DNA of 10,208 nt from NCBI GenBank assembly GCA_040081625.1, contig JBEBGD010000152.1, positions 1-10,208 on the forward strand, written 5' to 3'. Source of the stretch: Chthoniobacteraceae bacterium (GTDB lineage: Bacteria > Verrucomicrobiota > Verrucomicrobiia > Chthoniobacterales > Chthoniobacteraceae). The notes beneath the pieces were generated by a model. The model made no database searches. It was not told where the DNA came from and saw nothing but the letters and a program-made list of their open reading frames with translations. A program made the translations under genes and the position numbers. Positions 1 through 7,363 of the stretch are shown one piece after another; the stretch's first letter is position 1, and every line of letters begins with the position of its first letter.

Positions 1-1043
1 GTGCCGCTGATCGTCGGTGGTTCCATCGCGGCGGTCGCCATCGAGCTCGAGTATTCCGGAGTGGGTCCGGGCGGCCGCGTGGATGGCGGGCGATAGCCGA
101 CGGTCTCGTGCGGCCTTGGAAAGACCACCGGTTGCGGCGCGCGATCCGAGTCCGCCGGCAGTGGCGCGATCACGCCGAGCCGCTCTCCGGCTTCGCGCAC
201 CGAAGCGGGCCGGTCCGTGGGTTGCGCGGCGAGGCACGCGGCGATGACTTCCTCCCACGTGTCCGGGATCAAGTCGCCGCCGATGCCCAGCTCGGCGCGG
301 CGCGCGGCCATGCGCGGCAGCGGCGCGGTGTCGCCATTGCCGCGGTAAAACGGCGGCTTGCTCGTGAGCAGATCATAGACGGTCGCGCCGAAGGCATACA
401 CGTCGTCGGCCACGGTCGCCGGCTCGCCGCGGACGCGCGCGGGGCTCGAGTGGGAAGGCGGCAGCGCGAGCAGCGGCCCGCCGGCTTTGCTCTCGAGGTC
501 GAAGAGGCAGCGCGCGAGCCCGAAGTCGCACACTTTCACGTCGCCGAGCGGAGTGACGAGCAGGTTCGCGGGAGAGAGATCGCCATGCGTCGCCTGGTGC
601 TGGCGCCACCCGAAGTCGAGCGCTTCGCACACCTGCGTGAGCCACGGCGCGATCTTCTCGGTCTCGAAGCAGCGCTGCGGCTGGTGCGCCTTTGCGTCGA
701 GCGCCGACTCGCCGTCGATGAACTTCGAGACGATCGCCGCGGCCTGCGCGTCGCGCGCGAAATCGAGCACGCCGACGATGCCGGGATGGGTGATCTCGAG
801 CATCTTCACGACCGCATCGCGCAGCCGCGTGACGACGCGTTCATCGAGCAGCCACGACTCCGGCACGAAGCGCATCGCCAGCTCGCGGCCGATGCCTTCA
901 TGCACCACGAGCCACGCGCTGCCGAGCGGCCCACGGCTAAGGAAGCGCTTGAGCACATATTGGCGGAAGACGCGCAGGCCCACCTCGAGCGCGGCGGATT
1001 GCGTGCCGAGAGCGGTATCGTCGGGCGGTGGTGCGTCAGGCAT
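1..1043 (-). CDS. Hanks-type Ser/Thr protein kinase-like protein (probable pseudokinase), 3' end beyond window
   Basis: Manual translation from ATG at 1043 is open to the window edge (347 codons): MPDAPPPDD...YVLKRFLSRGPLGSAW...RELAMRFV...THPGIVGVLD...HGDLSPANLLV...VKVCDFGLAR...DDVYAFGATVYDLLTSKPPF...CLAAQPTDRP, then a Pro-rich linker. It is absent from the ORF track because there is no stop in the window. Confidence 0.93.
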   Translation of the reverse strand, partial: MPDAPPPDDTALGTQSAALEVGLRVFRQYVLKRFLSRGPLGSAWLVVHEGIGRELAMRFVPESWLLDERVVTRLRDAVVKMLEITHPGIVGVLDFARDAQAAAIVSKFIDGESALDAKAHQPQRCFETEKIAPWLTQVCEALDFGWRQHQATHGDLSPANLLVTPLGDVKVCDFGLARCLFDLESKAGGPLLALPPSHSSPARVRGEPATVADDVYAFGATVYDLLTSKPPFYRGNGDTAPLPRMAARRAELGIGGDLIPDTWEEVIAACLAAQPTDRPASVREAGERLGVIAPLPADSDRAPQPVVFPRPHETVGYRPPSTRPPGPTPEYSSSMATAAMEPPTISG

Positions 1044-1049
1044 TCGCGT

Positions 1050-1079
1050 AGTTGAGGGTCGAAAGCTGAGGGACGTCAA
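1050..1079 (-). promoter_or_regulatory. possible sigma70-type promoter for the minus-strand kinase gene (possibly leaderless)
   Basis: Minus strand reads TTGACG-N18-TCAACT-N6-ATG. The -35 box is good, the -10 box is weak, and there is no Shine-Dalgarno. Confidence 0.25.
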
Positions 1080-1177
1080 TCTCGCAAGCCGACAGTGTCC
1101 GCCGGCTCCGGCGAACCCCACGCCGGCGTCGCGCGCAGCCGTGGACAATCGCGCGATGCCGCGACAACGTGCTTGCC

Positions 1178-1249
1178 ATGATTTCCGCCGCCCTGCTCAA
1201 GCTCATCCTCGCCACGCTGGCCGGAGTCGTCCTGGTCTATGCGCTCTGA
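1178..1249 (+). CDS. small hydrophobic single-TM peptide (23 aa, MISAALLKLILATLAGVVLVYAL)
   Basis: ATG 1178 to TGA 1249. Codons mostly end in G/C like the neighbouring genes, the whole peptide is one hydrophobic helix, and the stop lies 1 nt before the next ATG (TGA-G-ATG). Confidence 0.55.
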   Translation: MISAALLKLILATLAGVVLVYAL

Positions 1250-1250
1250 G

Positions 1251-1634
1251 ATGGGGCGCCCGTTCCGCTACGCGCTCGATCCGCTCTGCCTCGCCTCGTG
1301 CGCGCTCTACGCCGCGAATCGCTGGCTGGTGAAGCCGCACGTCGCGTCGGATTTTCTGCGCGGGCATTTCAATGACCTGCTGCTCATCCCGTGCGCGCTG
1401 CCGCTGGTGCTGTGGGCGCAGCGCCGGCTCGGGCTGCGCGGGCACGACGAAGCGCCGGCCGCCGGCGAAGTCGCGCTGCACCTCGTCGTGTGGACGCTCA
1501 TCGCCGAGTGCATCGGCCCTCGCTGGCTGCACCGCGGAGTCGCCGATCCGTGGGATGCCGCCGCCTACGCGCTGGGCGCCACGCTCGCGCTGGTCGTGTG
1601 GGGGCGAAGCGCGTGCGCAGTTTCCTCGCGCTGA
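1251..1634 (+). CDS. small integral membrane hypothetical protein (127 aa)
   Basis: About four hydrophobic segments with HFNDLLLIP, IAE and ADPWDAAAYALG motifs. The D-x-x-D-x3-Y-x2-G end resembles VanZ/DUF2809-like small membrane proteins. Alternative start at 1239. Confidence 0.8.
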   Translation: MGRPFRYALDPLCLASCALYAANRWLVKPHVASDFLRGHFNDLLLIPCALPLVLWAQRRLGLRGHDEAPAAGEVALHLVVWTLIAECIGPRWLHRGVADPWDAAAYALGATLALVVWGRSACAVSSR

Positions 1635-1659
1635 TTTTCTGTTATCGACTGCCCACCCA

Positions 1660-3357
1660 ATGAACGCAGATCTCTTCGCTGGTCGCTACGAACTGCTCCA
1701 CGAGGCGCCTCCCGGCGCCGCTGGCCGGCTGTTCGAGGCGCGCGATGCGGAGACCGGCGAGGTGGTCGCGCTGAAGGTCTTTCGCCGCGAGATGCAGCAC
1801 GATGCTCCGGAGCTCGCGGACATCGAGCATCTTTTCAAGGCCGGCCTGGTCTGCCAGCACCCGCGCATCGTCCGCTTTCACACGCTCTCGCTCGACCAGG
1901 GCTACCTCGCCCGCGAGTGGATCCACGGCTTCCCGCTCATCGACCTGCTGCGCCGCCGCCGCGAGCTGCCCGCGGCGGAAGTGGCCGCGCTTTTTCACGA
2001 CGTGCCGGAGATGATCGACGCCGCCGTCGCCGCCGATCTCGCGCCGACCGGCGATCTGCTCACGCGCCTGTTCGTGTGTTGGGATCGCAGCATCCCGGTC
2101 GAGGAGCTCGTGCGACTGCGCGGCGTGCCGGTGACCGACTGGAGCGACTTCAGCGTGAAGCTCAATCCCATCAGCCTCAGCGCCGTATTGCCGCTTTCGC
2201 CCGAGGAGACGATGAGCACCATGGTCGCCCCGCTGCTCGCGCAGGCGGGGCCGATGCGCACGCCGTCGGTGGGATTCGCCGAGACGATCCATCAACTGCT
2301 CGGCGCGCCGCGCCGCTCGGACCGGCATCGCCGCTACGTCCCGCTCGGCACACTGAACGAAGCCGGCAACGCCGTGCTCCGGCGCATCATCGAGGGCGGC
2401 ACACCGCCCGCATCGTGCGTGGCATTTTGGAAGGAACTCATCGACGCCACCGCGCTCAGCTCGCCGCTGCGCAAGGCTCCACCGCCACCGCCGCCGTCTC
2501 CGGTCCTCAAGCAGCCGCCACCGCCTCCCTTGCCGGCTCCGCCGAAGTCCATCGTGGCGCCGCCGCCGCTGCCGAAGCGCCGGGCCCTGCACATCCCCGA
2601 GGCCTTTCTCGGCCATGTGCAGCCGGGCACGATCCTGCGGCTCACGCCGCGCGACATCAGCTTCACGCCGATCCAGTTCATCGCGCGGCCCGCCTTCCGC
2701 ATCGGCCGCTCGCTGTATCACTCCGACTTCGTCACGCGCGTGCTGCCCGAGACGCCGGAGAATGAAAAGCTGACCAAGGAAATCGGCCGCGTCCACGCGC
2801 TCGCGGAAGTGCGCGGGAAACAGATCGTGCTGCGCGACGGCAACGGAGAGCAGGCCAGCGTGAACGGCTCGAAGCTCAACGAGCAACTCCTCTCGGTGGA
2901 CAAACCCACCCCGCTCAGCGGACGCGGCGTGCTCGCGCTCTACCGCAACTACGAACTCGAGATCGAGCCGATGCTCGGCAGCGCCGACCTCGGCTGGACG
3001 ATCGACAACGAAGCCGCGTGGCCCGGCCCGATGCCGGCCGCGCCGGCGATCAGCGGCGCCGTCGTTTTCCACCCGCGGCGCAATCAGCCGATGCTGCGGC
3101 AATCCGCGTGGCTCTTCACTCGCCTCGACTTCTCGCTCTCCTCGCGCGGCGACGTGACGTGGTGCGAAGCCGGCGCGCCCTCGAGCCAGGGCAGCTTCAT
3201 CCATCACCGCGGCTGCTTCTGGCTCGCGACCTTCGCGCCGCCGCCCGGGACGATCTTTCTGAACAACACGGAAGTGCCGCCCGGCTCCGCTGTCCCGCTG
3301 GCGTCCGGCCAGCCGATCCAGCTCGGTCCAGGCGGCTACATCGTCGAGATCCAGTAG
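1660..3357 (+). CDS. degenerate kinase-fold domain + polyproline linker + FHA-like domain(s), 565 aa
   Basis: The N-lobe is recognisable (GRYELL, RLFEARDAETGEVVALKVF, QHPRIVRF, REWIHGFPLIDLL). Pro-rich linker at 2476-2577. FHA signature FRIGRS...IGRVHA...VLRD...SVNGSKLN, plus a C-terminal FHA-like beta segment (IFLNNTEV...PLASGQPIQLG). Confidence 0.88.
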   Translation: MNADLFAGRYELLHEAPPGAAGRLFEARDAETGEVVALKVFRREMQHDAPELADIEHLFKAGLVCQHPRIVRFHTLSLDQGYLAREWIHGFPLIDLLRRRRELPAAEVAALFHDVPEMIDAAVAADLAPTGDLLTRLFVCWDRSIPVEELVRLRGVPVTDWSDFSVKLNPISLSAVLPLSPEETMSTMVAPLLAQAGPMRTPSVGFAETIHQLLGAPRRSDRHRRYVPLGTLNEAGNAVLRRIIEGGTPPASCVAFWKELIDATALSSPLRKAPPPPPPSPVLKQPPPPPLPAPPKSIVAPPPLPKRRALHIPEAFLGHVQPGTILRLTPRDISFTPIQFIARPAFRIGRSLYHSDFVTRVLPETPENEKLTKEIGRVHALAEVRGKQIVLRDGNGEQASVNGSKLNEQLLSVDKPTPLSGRGVLALYRNYELEIEPMLGSADLGWTIDNEAAWPGPMPAAPAISGAVVFHPRRNQPMLRQSAWLFTRLDFSLSSRGDVTWCEAGAPSSQGSFIHHRGCFWLATFAPPPGTIFLNNTEVPPGSAVPLASGQPIQLGPGGYIVEIQ

Positions 3358-3399
3358 TTCCCCGCCAGCTCTTCGCCGCGCAAAAATTCGCCGCTGCGT

Positions 3400-3415
3400 T
3401 GGTTCACCCTTTGCT
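3400..3415 (+). promoter_or_regulatory. putative sigma54 (-24/-12) promoter
   Basis: TGGTTCACCCTTTGCT has exact GG-N10-GC spacing and a TTGCT -12 box. It lies in the 74-bp intergenic gap, 16 nt before ATG 3432. Confidence 0.4.
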
Positions 3416-3431
3416 CGTGCTTGCCGCATCA

Positions 3432-4694
3432 ATGTTGCCCTCTTCCCGACATCCGCTCGAAGCCGTCGTCCGTGATCGCGACGGTCGCCAGCTCGCGCGC
3501 TGCGCGGTCCGCCGCGGTCGTTACATCATCGGCAGCGGGCAGAATAACGAGATCGTCGTCGAGGAGACGTCCATCTCCGGGCGCCACGCGCGGCTGACCC
3601 TCGTCAGCGACGACGAGATTTACATCGAAGATCTCGGCAGCGCGAATGGCACGCGGGTCGCCGGCGCCGCTGCGGAAAAGCTCACGCCCATCGCGCCCGG
3701 CGCGCGTGTCACGGTCGGCGGTTGCGTGCTCGATTTTCAGCGGCGCGGATTGCCCGCCGCGGTCTTCGGATTCCTGCCCGAGGGCTTCCTGCGCGAGAGC
3801 CGCTACAATTTCGGCGAAGCCGTCGTCGAGGGCAGCACGAGCACGATCTTCAGCGCGTTCGACACCACGCTCGGGCGCGACATCGCCATCAAGGTGCTGC
3901 GACCGGAGAGTCAGGTGCGGGTCGATCATGTGCTGCGCTTCATCCGCGAGGCGCAGATCACCAGCCAGCTCCAGCACCCGTGCATCCCGACCGTCTATGA
4001 GCTCGGGCTCAACGACCAGAGCCAGCTCTACTACACGACCTGCTTCGTCGAGGGCGGCTCGCTCGGCGACGTGCTCGACTCGCTGAGCGGCCGCGAGCCC
4101 GGCGCGACCGAGCGCTTTCCCCTCACGCGCCTGCTCGTCGCCTTCCAGAAAATCTGCGACGCAGTCGCCTACGCGCACTCGCGCGGCGTCATCCACGCCG
4201 CGCTGCGCCCGGAGACCGTCACTCTCGGTTTCTATGGCGAAGTGCTCGCCGTCAGTTGGTGCTTCGCGCGAGTGCTCACCGTCGCGCCCGATGGACACAC
4301 CCTGCCGCGGCCCGTCGTCGCCGCACCGAGCGACTCCGCCTGCCCGCTCTCGACTTACACCGCGCCGGAAATCGCCGCCGGCGCGTGGAGCGTCGTCAAT
4401 GCGCGCACCGATGTCTATTCGCTCGGCGCCATCCTCTATCGCATGGTCACGCTGCACCGGCCGATCACCTTCGAGGACGAAGGCATCCTGCGCGACGCCA
4501 TCACCCACGGCGACATCCGCAATCCGGCACCGTTCGCCCTCGAGCCGCACCCACACTGCCCCGGTGGCCGCTACCCCGCGCCGCTCATGGCCATCGCGCT
4601 CAAGGCGCTGAACATCGAGCCCGCCAACCGCCATCAATCCGTCCAGGAACTCCAGGCCGCCGTCGCTGCGTGGCAGCAGGGCCTCGCGCACTGA
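3432..4694 (+). CDS. FHA domain + Ser/Thr kinase-like protein (probable pseudokinase), 420 aa
   Basis: FHA: YIIGS...SISGRHARL...IEDLGSANGT. Kinase: LGRDIAIKVL, RFIREAQITSQLQHPCI, DAVAYAHSRGVIHAALRPET, YTAPE, RTDVYSLGAILY, KAL..EPANR. Confidence 0.92.
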   Translation: MLPSSRHPLEAVVRDRDGRQLARCAVRRGRYIIGSGQNNEIVVEETSISGRHARLTLVSDDEIYIEDLGSANGTRVAGAAAEKLTPIAPGARVTVGGCVLDFQRRGLPAAVFGFLPEGFLRESRYNFGEAVVEGSTSTIFSAFDTTLGRDIAIKVLRPESQVRVDHVLRFIREAQITSQLQHPCIPTVYELGLNDQSQLYYTTCFVEGGSLGDVLDSLSGREPGATERFPLTRLLVAFQKICDAVAYAHSRGVIHAALRPETVTLGFYGEVLAVSWCFARVLTVAPDGHTLPRPVVAAPSDSACPLSTYTAPEIAAGAWSVVNARTDVYSLGAILYRMVTLHRPITFEDEGILRDAITHGDIRNPAPFALEPHPHCPGGRYPAPLMAIALKALNIEPANRHQSVQELQAAVAAWQQGLAH

Positions 4695-4723
4695 GCGCGC
4701 TGCGGGCTTGTAGCGCGGGGCCG

Positions 4724-4753
4724 ATGAGTCCTATGGGTCGCATGCGTCCCATG
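4724..4753 (+). repeat. 9-bp tandem repeat giving four in-frame ATGs
   Basis: ATGAGTCCT ATGGGTCGC ATGCGTCCC ATG at 4724, 4733, 4742 and 4751. Confidence 0.55.
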
Positions 4754-5632
4754 CTCCTCGCCGAATACCTCACCGCCCGCTCTGCCCTGATCGACCGCGC
4801 GCTCGACCGCCTGCTCCCGCGCGCCACGGCGAAGCCCGCGACCATCCACAAGGCGATGCGCTACTCGCTCTTCGCCGGCGGAAAGCGGATGCGCCCCGTG
4901 CTCGCGCTCGCCGCAGCCGAGGCGTGTGGTGGAAAAATCGAGCGCGCCATTCCCGCCGCCTGCGCCGTCGAGTGCATCCACACCTACTCGCTCATCCACG
5001 ACGACCTCCCGTGCATGGACGACGACGACCTGCGCCGCGGCCGCCCGACCAGCCACAAGGTTTTCGGCGAAGGCATCGCCGTGCTCGCAGGCGACGCACT
5101 GCTCACCGTCGCCTTTGAAATCCTCGCGCAAGCTGCGCGCACGCCGCGTCACCCGGTCGCCGCGCAGGTGCGCGAACTCGCCGACGCCGCCGGCAGCCGC
5201 TGGCTCATCGGCGGCCAGGTCGCCGACCTCGAAGGCGAAGGCCGCACGCACACCGGCGCGGAGCTGCGCTACATCCACCGCTGCAAAACCGCCGCACTCC
5301 TCACCGCATCGCTGCGCCTCGGCGCGATGAGCGCGAACGCCGCGCCCGCGAAGCTCGCCGCCATCACCGCGTTCGGAAAAAACCTCGGCCTCGCCTTCCA
5401 GGTCATCGACGACATCCTCGACGTAACGCAGACGACCGAGAAACTCGGCAAGACCGCCGGCAAGGATGTCGCCGCGACGAAGGCCACCTTTCCCGCGATC
5501 TACGGCCTCGAGAAATCGCGAGCCGAAGCCCGCAAGCTCACGAAAGCCGCGCACACCGCGCTCGCGCCTCTCGGCGCAAAAGCCGCGCGCCTCCGCGAGA
5601 TCGCCGACTACCTGCTCGCGCGGGAATACTGA
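4751..5632 (+). CDS. ispA: farnesyl/geranylgeranyl diphosphate synthase (short-chain polyprenyl synthetase)
   Basis: GGKRMRP, FARM HTYSLIHDDLPCMDDDDLRRGRPT (Tyr at -5, as in short-chain/FPP-type enzymes), GQ..DL, KTAAL, SARM FQVIDDILD, GKTAGKD. The start could be 4724, 4733, 4742 or 4751. Confidence 0.93.
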   Translation: MLLAEYLTARSALIDRALDRLLPRATAKPATIHKAMRYSLFAGGKRMRPVLALAAAEACGGKIERAIPAACAVECIHTYSLIHDDLPCMDDDDLRRGRPTSHKVFGEGIAVLAGDALLTVAFEILAQAARTPRHPVAAQVRELADAAGSRWLIGGQVADLEGEGRTHTGAELRYIHRCKTAALLTASLRLGAMSANAAPAKLAAITAFGKNLGLAFQVIDDILDVTQTTEKLGKTAGKDVAATKATFPAIYGLEKSRAEARKLTKAAHTALAPLGAKAARLREIADYLLAREY

Positions 5633-5638
5633 GCGCGG

Positions 5639-7363
5639 ATGCCGACGTTCACCGCACTCTCCAGCGCCTGGCTGCTCCTGCTGACGATTCCCCTCGTCGT
5701 CTTCTACTTTCTCAAGCTGCGCCGTCCGCGCCACGTCATCCCGTCGCTCGTGCTGTGGCGGCAGGTGCTCGCCGACCAGCGCGTGAACTCCCCCTTCCAG
5801 CGCTTCAAGCGCAACATTCTCCTTCTCCTTCAGCTTCTTCTTCTCCTTCTCCTCGCGCTAGCCGCCATGCAGCCCGTCCTGCGTCGCGCCACGAGCAGCG
5901 CCACGCGTCTGCCCGTGCTCATCGACACCTCCGCGAGCATGGCCGCGCTCGACCAGCAAGGCGGCAAGTCGCGCCTCGACGCCGCGAAAGCGCGACTCAC
6001 CGAACTCATCGACACTCTCCCGGCGGACCAGCAGGTCAGCCTCATCGCGTTCGCGAAAACCGCGCGCCGTCTCACCGCGTTCACGAACAGCAAGACCGAG
6101 CTTCGCGAAGCGCTCGCGACTCTCGAAGTCGAGGACGTGCCCGGCGATCTCGACGAAGCGCTGCGCCTCGCGCAGGCGCTCGGTCGCAGCGAGAGCTTCG
6201 ATCGCGTCTGGCTCATCAGCGACGGCAACTTCCCGGCGCGGACGCAATTCGAGCTCTCGTTCAACGTCGATTTCCAGCGCGTCGCGCCCGGCGGCTCGAA
6301 CTTCGGCCTCACCGCGTGCAACGCGCGTCGCGATCTCGGCGGCGCGTGGGAAGTCTTCGTCCAGCTCGCTGGCAGCGCTGAGGCGGAGAGCACCACCGGC
6401 ACTGTCGAACTGTGGCAGAACGGACAGCTCTCCGGCAGCGAACGCGTGACCCTCGCTCGCGGCAGCGCACCGCGGCTGAGCTTCCGCCTCGCCACGAGCG
6501 AAGCCGCCGATGTCGAGGTGCGCTACGTCCCCGAGGGCTTCGATTCGCTTGCATCCGACAACGCCGCACGGCTGCACCTGCCCGCGCCGCGCCCGCTCAG
6601 CGCCTTCGTCCCCGAGACGCTCGCCAGCGCGCGCCACGCGCTCGCGGCGATCGAGGGCGTCGTGCTTTACCCCGGCCCGGACGGCGCGACGCAATCCGGC
6701 TACGACCTCGTGGTCACCGACCGCGAAGCCGACCTCGCGCTGCCCGCCCGCGTCGTCGCGAGCTTCGGCCTCGTGCCGGAGGAACTGCGCGCGCTCGTGA
6801 CCATCGAGAAGTCGAACGCGCAGGCGATCGACTGGCGCCGCGACACGCCCGCGCTCCAGCACGTGAGCCTCGAGGACGTGCTGCTCGCCGACGATCCGCG
6901 CTTCGCCGCGGAGATCACCGACACACGCCTGCGCGAACTCGGCTACGTCGCGCTCGCCGACGCACCGCGCGGCCCGCTCATCGTCGAGAAGTCCGACGCC
7001 GACCAGCAGCGCGTCCATCTGCTCTTTCATCCCGACCGCTCGACGTTCGTCTATCGCGTCGGCTACCCCGTCTTCATCTCGAACCTCGTCCAGCTCGCGC
7101 TCCGCCGCGGCCAGCTCTCCGAAGTCGCCGCGACGCAGACCGGCCCGCTCGCGCCGCGCGTCGGCGCCGCGGCATTGCTCAGCGCCGCCGAGACTTCGCT
7201 CGCCGCGGTCGATTCGATCGAGTTCGCCGAGCAGATCAAAGTCAGCGCCACGAACGCCGCGCCGCGCGTGGACCGCTCGCTGTGGTGGCCGCTCGCGTGC
7301 GCAGCGCTGGTCTTGCTCGCGATCGAGTGGTGGTGGTTCAATCGCCGCGCCGCCCATGCGTAG
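5639..7363 (+). CDS. BatA (N-terminal double-TM) domain + VWA domain membrane protein, 574 aa
   Basis: The N-terminus WLLLLTIPLVVFYFLKLRRPR..IPSLVLW...FQRFKRNILLLLQLL...AMQP is typical of the BatA domain. VWA MIDAS IDTSASM (D at 5924) and LISDG, plus a C-terminal TM ending LLAIEWW. Confidence 0.9.
   Translation: MPTFTALSSAWLLLLTIPLVVFYFLKLRRPRHVIPSLVLWRQVLADQRVNSPFQRFKRNILLLLQLLLLLLLALAAMQPVLRRATSSATRLPVLIDTSASMAALDQQGGKSRLDAAKARLTELIDTLPADQQVSLIAFAKTARRLTAFTNSKTELREALATLEVEDVPGDLDEALRLAQALGRSESFDRVWLISDGNFPARTQFELSFNVDFQRVAPGGSNFGLTACNARRDLGGAWEVFVQLAGSAEAESTTGTVELWQNGQLSGSERVTLARGSAPRLSFRLATSEAADVEVRYVPEGFDSLASDNAARLHLPAPRPLSAFVPETLASARHALAAIEGVVLYPGPDGATQSGYDLVVTDREADLALPARVVASFGLVPEELRALVTIEKSNAQAIDWRRDTPALQHVSLEDVLLADDPRFAAEITDTRLRELGYVALADAPRGPLIVEKSDADQQRVHLLFHPDRSTFVYRVGYPVFISNLVQLALRRGQLSEVAATQTGPLAPRVGAAALLSAAETSLAAVDSIEFAEQIKVSATNAAPRVDRSLWWPLACAALVLLAIEWWWFNRRAAHA

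Noticed and set aside
108..1332. Long + strand ORFs 108..1055 and 487..1332
   Set aside because: They are antisense shadows of the minus-strand kinase-like gene, with no recognisable motifs of their own.
5818..5854. CTT/CTC pyrimidine-rich repeat, possible phase-variation tract
   Set aside because: It encodes the poly-Leu TM helix normal for BatA domains. The triplet units are mixed and would not shift the frame.
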